Positions 36,559 through 44,830 of a stretch of 64,000 bases of DNA are shown here, piece after piece. The notes beneath the pieces were generated by a model. The model saw only the letters and a list, made by a program, of their open reading frames with translations. It did no database searches and was not told where the DNA came from. A program made the position numbers and the translations under genes. How positions within the stretch are numbered: position 1 is the stretch's first letter; each line of letters starts with the position of its first letter. Location: positions 32,767 through 96,766 of the forward strand of contig JANTGA010000001.1 in NCBI GenBank assembly GCA_024763175.1. The letters are read 5' to 3'. Origin of the DNA: Sulfurovum sp. Its GTDB lineage: Bacteria > Campylobacterota > Campylobacteria > Campylobacterales > Sulfurovaceae.

Positions 36559-38448
36559 ATGTTTATTAGAAGAACCGTCTCTAAAAATAAAAAATACGAT
36601 ACTGAAAAATATTATACCTACAGACTGGTAGAATCATACAGAGTAGGCGACAAAGTAAGACAGAGAGTCCTGATCAATTTAGGTTCCGATTTCAATGTAG
36701 ATAAAGAGAAGTGGTCCATACTCTCAAATAGAATCGAAGATATCATAAAAAGAAGAGAATCGCTCTTTGAGACAGACAAAGAACTTGAATCGCTGGCACA
36801 GCAGTATGCACTGCAGCTGATATCGGTTAGTGGAGTAAAGAGCACGGAGACAAGCAGGGATGAGGCGTACCAAAGTATCGATGTCAACGCCATAGAACAG
36901 ATCAATCCCAGATCTATAGGATGTGAGCATATTGTCTATGAGACTATCAAAGAACTGCAGCTTGAAGCACGCTTTGCATCTCTTGGATTTACCACCACAC
37001 AGATCAACAGCGCCATAGGTATCCTCATTGCCAAAGCCTGTCATCCCGGCAGTGAAGCCAAAAGTATCGATTGGCTCAGATATACAAGTGGTGCAGGTGA
37101 ACTGTATGGGTGTGATTACAACACGCTATCAGATAACTCCCTCTATCGTATAGCGGATACTTTTCTTACGAATAAAGAAGCCATAGAACAGCACCTCCAT
37201 AACAGATCAAAGCAACTCTTTGACTATGATGAGGCTATTACACTGTATGATTTGACCAATACCTACTTTGAAGGGGATGCCAAAAAAATAGAAAAAGCAG
37301 CCAGGGGCAGAAGCAAGGAGAAGCGAAGTGATGCAAAGCTTGTGACATTGGCAGTCGTACTTGAGGGCAGCGGTTTTATCAAAAAAAGTACCATCTTTGA
37401 GGGCAATATCTCCGAACCCTCTACACTCAAAGAGATGATTGATACTTTGCGTGTGCCATCAAACAATACCGATCATACCCCTGGCAGCAACGACAAGCAC
37501 CCAACCCTCCCCGGCACCCGCAAAAGCTCTCTGGTGGTAATGGATGCCGGTATCGCTTCACAGGAGAATATAGACTATCTCAAAGAGAATGGTTATGACT
37601 ATCTGGTCGTCAGTAGAAAAAGGGAGAAACAGTTTGACCCGGTCAAAGCGGTGGAGGTAAAAACAGACAAGAAGGACAATGTCATCGTAAGAGCCCAAAG
37701 GGTTGAGATAAAAGATGAAGAGGATAATATAGAAGAGATAGAGTTATATTGTCACTCCAAACCAAGAGAACTCAAAGAAGATTCTATGCAGCAGAGAGCG
37801 CAAAGTAAATTCACCCGGGCACTGGATTATCTGGGTGAAGGGCTCGGCATACCAAGACGGACAAAAAACTACGAGAAGGTATTGCAAAAGGTAGGTGCAC
37901 TCAAAAGCGATTACGCCTCCATTGCCAAATACTATACCGTCACTGTTAAAAAAGATCCCGACTCATCCAATGCTCTATCGGTAAGTTACAAAGAGAAGAG
38001 AGGCACGGATGATAAGAGTGCGATGAATGGTGTCTATTGTCTGCGAACGAATAATACTACAATGGATGAGAAGAGTCTGTGGCGTACTTACACAACCCTG
38101 ACAGACCTGGAGGCAGTCTTTCGGACACTCAAAAGTGAACTGGGGCTTCGTCCCATCTATCATAGAACAGGACAAAGGGTAGATGGGCATTTGTTTATTA
38201 CCCTTATTGCCTACACCCTCATTCATACCATCAGATATAAACTTAGATCAAAAGGGATCAATGATAGCTGGAACACTATAAGAGAGAAACTCTCCACCCA
38301 AATCAGAACAACCACGGTCGCTAAGGTAAAAGACGGCAGGGTGCTGTATCTTAGAAAGAGTTCCCTTTTAGATGAGAGAGCAAAGGAGATAGTTGATGCA
38401 TTGGGACTATCTCACAGAGCAGGAGCGGTTACCAAAGTGTATCAATAA
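36559..38448 (+). CDS. IS1634-family DDE transposase
   Basis: 629 aa. The N-terminus MFIRRTVSKNKKYDTEKYYTYRLVESYRVGDKVRQRVLINLG is typical of IS1634 transposases. Candidate DDE context: LYDLTNTYFEG, VVMDAGIAS and YRTLTDLEAVFRTLKSELGLRPIYH. Confidence 0.85.
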   Translation: MFIRRTVSKNKKYDTEKYYTYRLVESYRVGDKVRQRVLINLGSDFNVDKEKWSILSNRIEDIIKRRESLFETDKELESLAQQYALQLISVSGVKSTETSRDEAYQSIDVNAIEQINPRSIGCEHIVYETIKELQLEARFASLGFTTTQINSAIGILIAKACHPGSEAKSIDWLRYTSGAGELYGCDYNTLSDNSLYRIADTFLTNKEAIEQHLHNRSKQLFDYDEAITLYDLTNTYFEGDAKKIEKAARGRSKEKRSDAKLVTLAVVLEGSGFIKKSTIFEGNISEPSTLKEMIDTLRVPSNNTDHTPGSNDKHPTLPGTRKSSLVVMDAGIASQENIDYLKENGYDYLVVSRKREKQFDPVKAVEVKTDKKDNVIVRAQRVEIKDEEDNIEEIELYCHSKPRELKEDSMQQRAQSKFTRALDYLGEGLGIPRRTKNYEKVLQKVGALKSDYASIAKYYTVTVKKDPDSSNALSVSYKEKRGTDDKSAMNGVYCLRTNNTTMDEKSLWRTYTTLTDLEAVFRTLKSELGLRPIYHRTGQRVDGHLFITLIAYTLIHTIRYKLRSKGINDSWNTIREKLSTQIRTTTVAKVKDGRVLYLRKSSLLDERAKEIVDALGLSHRAGAVTKVYQ

Positions 38449-38605
38449 TCAGAAGATGTAGTGCAGGTTGTTTTTTTAGAGGTGTTTCAAATAGCGGGAG
38501 GGTGGACTTTGGGGGGAAATGGATGGCAAAGTTAGGCTAAGTGTTTGGATAAAATGTTGTGGCGATAAAAGAGCCCCTTCCTGAAGGAGAGGCGCAGTGA
38601 GAAGA

Positions 38606-39127
38606 CTATGCTTTATAGTTTTTGATCGCTTTATCAAGGATCTCGGTAGCTGCGGCTTTGTCTTTGAATCCGGAGACTTTAACCCACTTGTTAGGCTCAA
38701 GCATTTTATAGGTTTCAAAAAAATTCTTGATACGGTTGAGCGTATGTTCGGGCACGTCACCAATATCTTTAATATCTTTATAGGTAGGATCTATCTTCTC
38801 TGTAGGAACTGCGATGAGCTTTTCGTCTCCACCGCTCTCATCCTCTGTCATCAAGACACCGACAAGACGACACTTGATAAATGACCCCGACTGCAGTGCA
38901 TAGTCGCAAAGGACCAGGATATCTGCCGGATCACCATCATCAGACAGTGTATTGGCTACAAATCCATAGTTTGCAGGGTAGTGTACAGCAGAGTAGAGGA
39001 CTCTGTCGACTTCAACTGCTCCAGATTCTTTGTCGATTTCAAATTTTATATTTGAGTTAAGCGGTACTTCAATGATCGCTTTGACTGCATCGGGGTTTTT
39101 GCCGTGGCCGATTTTGGTAATATCCAT
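38606..39127 (-). CDS. ppa: Inorganic pyrophosphatase (family I)
   Basis: 173 aa with IIEVPLNSNIKFEIDKESG, YPANYGFV and DGDPADILVL. ATG 39127 has a GGAGA RBS; the longer ORF starting at 39268 has an implausible N-terminus. Confidence 0.93.
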   Translation of the reverse strand: MDITKIGHGKNPDAVKAIIEVPLNSNIKFEIDKESGAVEVDRVLYSAVHYPANYGFVANTLSDDGDPADILVLCDYALQSGSFIKCRLVGVLMTEDESGGDEKLIAVPTEKIDPTYKDIKDIGDVPEHTLNRIKNFFETYKMLEPNKWVKVSGFKDKAAATEILDKAIKNYKA

Positions 39128-39259
39128 ATGATTTCTCCATAAAATAAGTATTTGCGAATAGTAACATAAAAAGGTTTGAAAAAAGCATTGTTGCCTACTG
39201 CTTTTCATTAATAGGACTTTTTTGGCTATAATAATACAAAAAAGAGAGAAAGGATTGGT

Positions 39260-40360
39260 GTGAGGCATATTTTATTGATAATAGTATTTGCTGTTTCATC
39301 CTGGGCTATGCCTCTGACTGACAAGTATCCCAGTTATAGTTATGTATTTGAAGAGTTCGATGTCGATCATGACTATATCTATAATAAATCTTTCACTGCA
39401 TTTCTTACAAAAAATGAAAAACGATACAAAAATTTTTATAAAAATTCCCTCAAGCGGGGCGGTCACCTGATCCCCACCTTTAAAAGCATGCTGATTCAAG
39501 ATGGTCTTTCTGACTTGTTTGTTTACATGTCGATGATAGAATCAGGCTTCAGTACCGATTGTGTCTCTTGTAAAAGCGCAGTGGGAATCTGGCAATTTAT
39601 GAAAGCAACCGCAAAGCAGTATGACTTGAGTGTCAACTCTGATTTTGACGAGCGACTTGATCCGATATTGGCTACCAGTGCAGCGATGAACTATATGCAT
39701 AAGCTCTATAAGGATTTTGGTAAGTGGTATCTGGTGATGATGGCATATAATTGCGGAGAAGGAAGGCTTGCGAGAGGAATCAAAAGAGCAGGTACCGACG
39801 ACCTGTCAGTCCTGATGCGGGAAAAGGCCAATTATATCCCCAAAGAGACCCGAAACTATGTCAAAAAGATTCTTATGGTTGCTATGGTGGGAGAGAATGT
39901 CTCATTGGGCTTTGACCGGATGGGCAATGCAGTTACACAGCTCTATGGAGAGAATATCGTACAGGTAGAAGTAGAGCCGGGTGAGAGCCTGGATAGAATC
40001 GCTGAGATCATCAAGATGAAGCCCAAAGATCTGTTGAAACTCAATCACCATTTCAAAAACGGAAAAGTACCGGTAAAGTTACCCTCGTATAAAATCAATA
40101 TACCCAATGACAAAGTGGTTGATTTTTACGCGATCTATATTTTACAGAAAGAGCTCAGAAAATACTCAAAAACACACTATCTTTCACACGTAGTCCGAAC
40201 AGGTGAAACACTGAAAAGGATTGCTGATAAATATCGTACAAGCATTGAAGAGATTCTTGTCTATAATCCCGTCAAAAAGAAGAAGATCAAGAAGGGAGAA
40301 GTACTGGTCATTCCTGTCACACAAAAGGTATTTGAAAAATTTTCCAAACAGAATGGCTGA
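39260..40360 (+). CDS. Lytic transglycosylase (SLT domain) with C-terminal LysM domains (MltD-like)
   Basis: 366 aa with a signal peptide, catalytic region MIESGFS...AVGIWQFM and two LysM-like modules (VEPGESLDRIAEI..., VVRTGETLKRIADKY...). Confidence 0.85.
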   Translation: MRHILLIIVFAVSSWAMPLTDKYPSYSYVFEEFDVDHDYIYNKSFTAFLTKNEKRYKNFYKNSLKRGGHLIPTFKSMLIQDGLSDLFVYMSMIESGFSTDCVSCKSAVGIWQFMKATAKQYDLSVNSDFDERLDPILATSAAMNYMHKLYKDFGKWYLVMMAYNCGEGRLARGIKRAGTDDLSVLMREKANYIPKETRNYVKKILMVAMVGENVSLGFDRMGNAVTQLYGENIVQVEVEPGESLDRIAEIIKMKPKDLLKLNHHFKNGKVPVKLPSYKINIPNDKVVDFYAIYILQKELRKYSKTHYLSHVVRTGETLKRIADKYRTSIEEILVYNPVKKKKIKKGEVLVIPVTQKVFEKFSKQNG

Positions 40361-40410
40361 TGTGCACACATCTTAATACAATAATGCAATGGGCAAGAAA
40401 GGGTTTTGGG

Positions 40411-41166
40411 ATGCTGAAACAACGAAAAATAACGCTAATTTTGTTAGTCTCCTTGATAGTGATGATAGGGCTTGCGGGATGTACTTCCAAAAAAAGATAT
40501 AAAAAAGGCACGCCAGCGACGATGCGAACCTATTGTGTTTATGGCAAAACGTATAAGCCTTCCTATGTAAGACTGGGGCAAAAGATGAGGGGTATATCCA
40601 GTTGGTATGGTCCCAATTTTCATGGCAAATCAACAAGCAATGGAGAACGATATAATATGCATGCACAGACCGCTGCACATAAAACGTGGCCGATGAACAC
40701 GATGGTCAGAGTCTCCAATCTTCAAAATGGAAAAAGCACGATCGTCCGGATCAACGATCGTGGACCATTTGTCAAGGGAAGGATTATTGACTGTAGTTAT
40801 GCTGCAGGCAAAAAAATTGGACTTGATCGTATGGGTATTGCCAAAGTCCAGATAGAAGTACTTGGTTTTGCCGGAAAGGTGCAGCCTCATGCTGCAGCAA
40901 GGAGATTGCCAAAAGCCAAACAGGTGGTTATGTTGACCAACTTTGGTATCCAGGTGGGTGCATTCAAACGCAAGGAAGGAGCCGAGATATACAGAGAAAG
41001 ATATTCACGATTGGATCCCAAATACAAGCCGATTGTGAAAAAAATGTATGATGAAGAGGGCGATACATTGTATCGTGTTTGGCTGATGGGCTTTGGATCA
41101 GAGGAAGAAGCCAGAGACTTTATGGCATGCAACAATTTACCGGGTGCCTTTATTGTCAGGAATTAA
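40411..41166 (+). CDS. rlpA: Septal ring lytic transglycosylase RlpA (DPBB + SPOR)
   Basis: Lipobox GLAGCT, DPBB region (SWYGPNFHGKSTSNGERYNM...AHKTWPMNTMVRVSNLQNGKSTIVRINDRGPF) and a C-terminal SPOR domain (IQVGAF...YRVWLMGF). Confidence 0.9.
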   Translation: MLKQRKITLILLVSLIVMIGLAGCTSKKRYKKGTPATMRTYCVYGKTYKPSYVRLGQKMRGISSWYGPNFHGKSTSNGERYNMHAQTAAHKTWPMNTMVRVSNLQNGKSTIVRINDRGPFVKGRIIDCSYAAGKKIGLDRMGIAKVQIEVLGFAGKVQPHAAARRLPKAKQVVMLTNFGIQVGAFKRKEGAEIYRERYSRLDPKYKPIVKKMYDEEGDTLYRVWLMGFGSEEEARDFMACNNLPGAFIVRN

Positions 41167-41178
41167 AATGGAGAAAAA

Positions 41179-41751
41179 ATGATTGAAACAGTGAGAGAAA
41201 CAAAGGAGACACAGATCAGTGTCAAACTGAATCTTTATGGTAAAGGTATAGCAAAAATCAATACGGGTGTGGGATTTTTTGATCATATGCTCGAAGCGTT
41301 CACCAAGCATGCACATATTGATATGGAGGTCGTATGCAAGGGTGATACCTTTATCGATGATCACCACAGTGTAGAGGACGTGGGTATCGTGATCGGACAG
41401 GCACTGAAAAAGGCCATCTATCCTGTACAGGAGATCGAGCGTTTCGGTAATGCGACAGTTGTGATGGATGAGGCAAGTGTGACATGTGATATCGATCTCT
41501 CGAACAGAGGATTTCTCGTCTTTGAGTTGCCGATAGAGGGAAAGGTGGGAGCATTTGATGTCGAACTGGTAGAGGAGTTTTTCAGAGCACTGGCTTTCAA
41601 TATGCCGTTGACATTGCATCTGATCTGCAGCAGAGGAAAAAATAAGCATCACATTATCGAAGCAGCCTTCAAGGCATTGGCAGTGTCGCTTCGCAGAGCA
41701 GCTACTCCCAATAAAAATGCCGGTATTCCCAGCACAAAAGGTGTCTTGTGA
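41179..41751 (+). CDS. hisB: Imidazoleglycerol-phosphate dehydratase
   Basis: 190 aa with TKETQISV, FFDHML, DDHHSVEDVGI and NKHHIIEAAFKA. Confidence 0.95.
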   Translation: MIETVRETKETQISVKLNLYGKGIAKINTGVGFFDHMLEAFTKHAHIDMEVVCKGDTFIDDHHSVEDVGIVIGQALKKAIYPVQEIERFGNATVVMDEASVTCDIDLSNRGFLVFELPIEGKVGAFDVELVEEFFRALAFNMPLTLHLICSRGKNKHHIIEAAFKALAVSLRRAATPNKNAGIPSTKGVL

Positions 41752-42245
41752 GTATCGAGCTGATTGTTCTGGATGTTGATGGTACGATGACAGACAGTCA
41801 TATCACATATAGTGAAAATGGCGATGAGATCAAGGCTTTCAATGTCAAGGATGGTTTGGCAATTGTCTCTTGGATGAGGCTGGGCAAGAAGGTGGCGATC
41901 ATTACCGGGCGAAGTTCAGAGATTGTAAAGAGACGGGCAAAAGAGCTGCATATAGAGCACTACTATCAAGGCTGTGATGATAAGCTGACAAAACTCGAAG
42001 AGCTGATCCGCTCCCTGGATATTTCGATGGAAAATGTAGCTGCTATCGGAGACGACTTGAATGACTACTGTATGCTTGAGGCAGCACAAATCTCCTTTGT
42101 GCCGCGTGATGCAAGTCCTTATGTGGATAGGGTCGCTACAGTTATCTTAACCCAAAACGGAGGGAGCGGCGCAGTGCGTGAAATGATAGAGTATCTGATA
42201 AAGAAAGAGGGACTTGAAGAGAAGTTTCTTAGTTTGTGGAGATAA
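41748..42245 (+). CDS. kdsC: KDO 8-phosphate phosphatase (HAD family)
   Basis: 165 aa with LDVDGTMTD, FNVKDG and IGDDLND. GTGA overlap with hisB; lies upstream of lptC/lptA. Confidence 0.85.
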   Translation: MSIELIVLDVDGTMTDSHITYSENGDEIKAFNVKDGLAIVSWMRLGKKVAIITGRSSEIVKRRAKELHIEHYYQGCDDKLTKLEELIRSLDISMENVAAIGDDLNDYCMLEAAQISFVPRDASPYVDRVATVILTQNGGSGAVREMIEYLIKKEGLEEKFLSLWR

Positions 42246-42248
42246 GCA

Positions 42249-42767
42249 ATGGGTAAATATTTCAAGATTGAGTGGATGGCTATCGTCATGATTTTGATAA
42301 TGCTGGGAGTTTCTTATCTGATCAAAGTCAAAAACGAAAAAGCAAAGCTGAATGCTTCCGCCAAAGAGCTTGAGATTTTTGACTCAGTTACCATTGAAAT
42401 CAATGCCACTGAGGTGGAGAGCAGGCTCTATGCAGATTACACCGTGAGAGAAAAAGGCGAACTGAAAATGAGAGAGATCACCTATATCGGTGCCTCCGCC
42501 AAAGAGCTGAAGTCAAAGTATGGCAGATTTATTGATGACAAGTTCTATCTGGATGACAATATTACACTGCTACAGGATAATGGCTATTATTATGAAGCAG
42601 ATCATGCGCTTTATGACAAGAGAAGTGAGCTTTTTTATGTGACAAGCCCCTTTGTGGCCTATACGAACGGAGGTAATATTATTCATGGCACTAACTTGAA
42701 GTATGATATCAACGAGGAAGTTGCTATAGCAGAAAATGTAGATGCAGTTTTTTATACCAAAGATTAA
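42249..42767 (+). CDS. lptC: LPS export protein LptC-like
   Basis: 172 aa with a single N-terminal TM anchor and a beta-rich periplasmic part. The call is mainly positional (kdsC-lptC-lptA). Confidence 0.6.
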   Translation: MGKYFKIEWMAIVMILIMLGVSYLIKVKNEKAKLNASAKELEIFDSVTIEINATEVESRLYADYTVREKGELKMREITYIGASAKELKSKYGRFIDDKFYLDDNITLLQDNGYYYEADHALYDKRSELFYVTSPFVAYTNGGNIIHGTNLKYDINEEVAIAENVDAVFYTKD

Positions 42768-42808
42768 GAGGCGGGCATCGTTCGATGGATGGAATCTTAT
42801 GCTTGAGA

Positions 42809-42817
42809 TGCTATAAT
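42809..42817 (+). promoter_or_regulatory. Extended -10 element (TGcTATAAT) upstream of lptA
   Basis: Exact TGnTATAAT in the 65-nt lptC-lptA gap, with the same ATGCTATAAT string as upstream of mtnN. Confidence 0.35.
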
Positions 42818-42832
42818 AACTAAAAAGTAGGT

Positions 42833-43297
42833 ATGTGTATGGAAAAAATAGTTCTTCTTTTGGTGTTGCCTTTTTTGCTCTATGCAGAAAAAGTTGAGGT
42901 CACATCCAAAAATTTTTATGCCAAAGATTCGGAAAAGCAGGCAGTTTTTATCGATGATGTACTGGTAAAACAAGATAAAAGCTGGATACACAGTGATAAG
43001 TTGATTGTCTATTTTGATGACAATAATGAAACCATACAGTATGATGCGATCGGGAAAGCAACTTTTGAAATATTCAGAGAAGAGAGTCACTACACAGGGA
43101 GCTCTGACAAGGTAAGCTACTATCCTAAAACCGGAAAATATCTCATGGCAGGTGACGCCATCGCACATGATATTATTAAAAATAGAGATATCAAAGGAAA
43201 TACAATTTTTGTCAATACGATAACGAATGAGGCCAACGTTAAAGGAAACAGTAAGAAGCCTATCAAATTTATCTTTGATACAGAGTCAAAAAAATGA
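42833..43297 (+). CDS. lptA: LPS transport periplasmic protein LptA (OstA_N)
   Basis: 154 aa with a signal peptide and an OstA-like beta-jellyroll pattern (VTSKNFYAKDSEKQAVFIDDVLV...SDKLIVYFD). The start may be ATG 42839. Confidence 0.75.
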   Translation: MCMEKIVLLLVLPFLLYAEKVEVTSKNFYAKDSEKQAVFIDDVLVKQDKSWIHSDKLIVYFDDNNETIQYDAIGKATFEIFREESHYTGSSDKVSYYPKTGKYLMAGDAIAHDIIKNRDIKGNTIFVNTITNEANVKGNSKKPIKFIFDTESKK

Positions 43298-43905
43298 GCC
43301 AACTGCGTGTCATCGATGCACGTTTTGTCAAATCTGCCCAGAGTATCCGTGACTCTTTGGATGACACAATGAGTGAAGTTGTGTTCCTGGGGCGGTCCAA
43401 TGTAGGCAAGAGTTCAACGATCAATGCACTGACAGAGCGGAAAGCGCTGGCAAAGAGCTCATCCACGCCGGGAAAAACGCAGCTGATCAATTTTTTTGAA
43501 ATAAAGTACCGATGGAGCGAAGAGGATTATACACTTCGCTATGTAGATCTTCCCGGATTTGGATATGCCAAAGTCTCCAAAACGCTCAAAGAGGTATGGC
43601 AGAAAAACCTGGTCGAATTTATACAAAACCGTATCTCTATCAGGCTTTTTATTCATTTGCGTGATGCCAGGCATCCTCAGGCGCAGATCGATGAAGATGT
43701 GAAGAACTATATTTCAGAGTTTATCAGGCCTGACCAGAGATATGTAACCGTTTTTACCAAGATTGACAAACTCAATCAAAAAGAACGCGCAAAGCTCAAA
43801 AGGGAATTTCCTGGAGCGATCACGCTATCCAATACCAAGCGGAGTGGCGCTCAAAGTGTGCATCGAGATATTTTTGAATCTATATTTGGTGAACGTGAAT
43901 GGTAA
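43294..43905 (+). CDS. engB: Ribosome-biogenesis GTPase EngB/YihA
   Basis: 203 aa with G1 GRSNVGKSS, G3 DLPGFG and G4 TKIDK. ATGA overlap with lptA. Confidence 0.9.
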   Translation: MSQLRVIDARFVKSAQSIRDSLDDTMSEVVFLGRSNVGKSSTINALTERKALAKSSSTPGKTQLINFFEIKYRWSEEDYTLRYVDLPGFGYAKVSKTLKEVWQKNLVEFIQNRISIRLFIHLRDARHPQAQIDEDVKNYISEFIRPDQRYVTVFTKIDKLNQKERAKLKREFPGAITLSNTKRSGAQSVHRDIFESIFGEREW

Positions 43906-44375
43906 GATTGGTAAAAGCCAGACTTGATGATATTCCTGCGATGCAGGAACTGGTGACAGAAGAAGTCAAGGAGGGTGTGATTCTTAAGCGTAGCAACGAT
44001 GAAGTCGCCACAAATATACGCTCTTATGTCTTGGCAAAAGAGGGGGAGGAGCTGCTTGGGTATTCAGCATTGCATATCCACTCTCCGCGTCTTGCAGAGA
44101 TCAGAAGCCTGATCGTTTCCCGGAAGCAGCGTGGCAAACAGATCGGCCGGAAGCTTGTGCAATCTATGCTGGATGAAGCAGTGCAACTGGGTGTCTCACA
44201 AGAAGTGTTGGTGCTGACATATCTTCCTGATTTTTTTATGAAGATGAATTTTCTTGAAATCAGCAAAGAGAGTATTCCTGAGCACAAGATTTGGACTGAC
44301 TGTATCAAATGTATTCACTTTCCAGTATGCAATGAGATCTCTATGGTCTACAAAATCAGCAGAAAAGCAGGATGA
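43899..44375 (+). CDS. GNAT-family N-acetyltransferase
   Basis: 158 aa with the acetyl-CoA motif RKQRGKQIGRKLV. 7-nt overlap with engB. Confidence 0.75.
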   Translation: MVRLVKARLDDIPAMQELVTEEVKEGVILKRSNDEVATNIRSYVLAKEGEELLGYSALHIHSPRLAEIRSLIVSRKQRGKQIGRKLVQSMLDEAVQLGVSQEVLVLTYLPDFFMKMNFLEISKESIPEHKIWTDCIKCIHFPVCNEISMVYKISRKAG

Positions 44376-44830
44376 AAAAAAATCGTACAAGTCCATTCTG
44401 GACAATGCTTTTTTGGTCGATCATTGTTTCTTTTATTATCTTCTATCCTATGCTGATTTCCATTTATGTCTTTTTGCCATTGATGATTGGATTTATGGGC
44501 TATGTATTGGTAGTCGGGATCGATAAATCAAGAGTCTCTTTTATTGTAATCGGTTTGATCTATCTCATTAATCTTGAGGCCAATCTCTCACTGCCGCTCT
44601 TTCTCTCTATTTCGGCTATTATACTTTTTTATCTCATGATCTATCCTCATCTTTTTGTGCTCAAGAAGTGCAAGTACTGCATTCCGCTTCTTTCGGTTAT
44701 TTTGATCGATTTGCTCTATTTGATTTTGCTTTTAGGATATGATTACATTTTTGAAACATCCAGTATTGTGATTGATCAGCTTCTTCTCTATTCTTTGATT
44801 GTAGATATTTTTATGGTGTTTTTATTGTGA
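44372..44830 (+). CDS. Hypothetical polytopic membrane protein (MreD-like position)
   Basis: 152 aa with 4-5 hydrophobic segments. ATGA and GTGA overlaps couple it to the GNAT gene and to mrdA. No motif recognised. Confidence 0.55.
   Translation: MKKNRTSPFWTMLFWSIIVSFIIFYPMLISIYVFLPLMIGFMGYVLVVGIDKSRVSFIVIGLIYLINLEANLSLPLFLSISAIILFYLMIYPHLFVLKKCKYCIPLLSVILIDLLYLILLLGYDYIFETSSIVIDQLLLYSLIVDIFMVFLL

Larger units (their letters stand above)
36369..38536 (+). mobile_element. IS1634-family (IS4 superfamily) insertion sequence
   Basis: Terminal inverted repeats CCCAACTTTGCCATCC (36369-36384) and GGATGGCAAAGTTAGG (38521-38536) match 15/16. They bracket a single 629-aa DDE transposase gene. No clear target-site duplication seen. 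Confidence 0.7.

Noticed and set aside
38476-38763. A 95-aa minus-strand ORF, and the 38597-38884 plus-strand ORF.
   Set aside because: The first spans the IS right inverted repeat and the 3' end of ppa. The second is antisense to ppa. Neither has an RBS or any motif.
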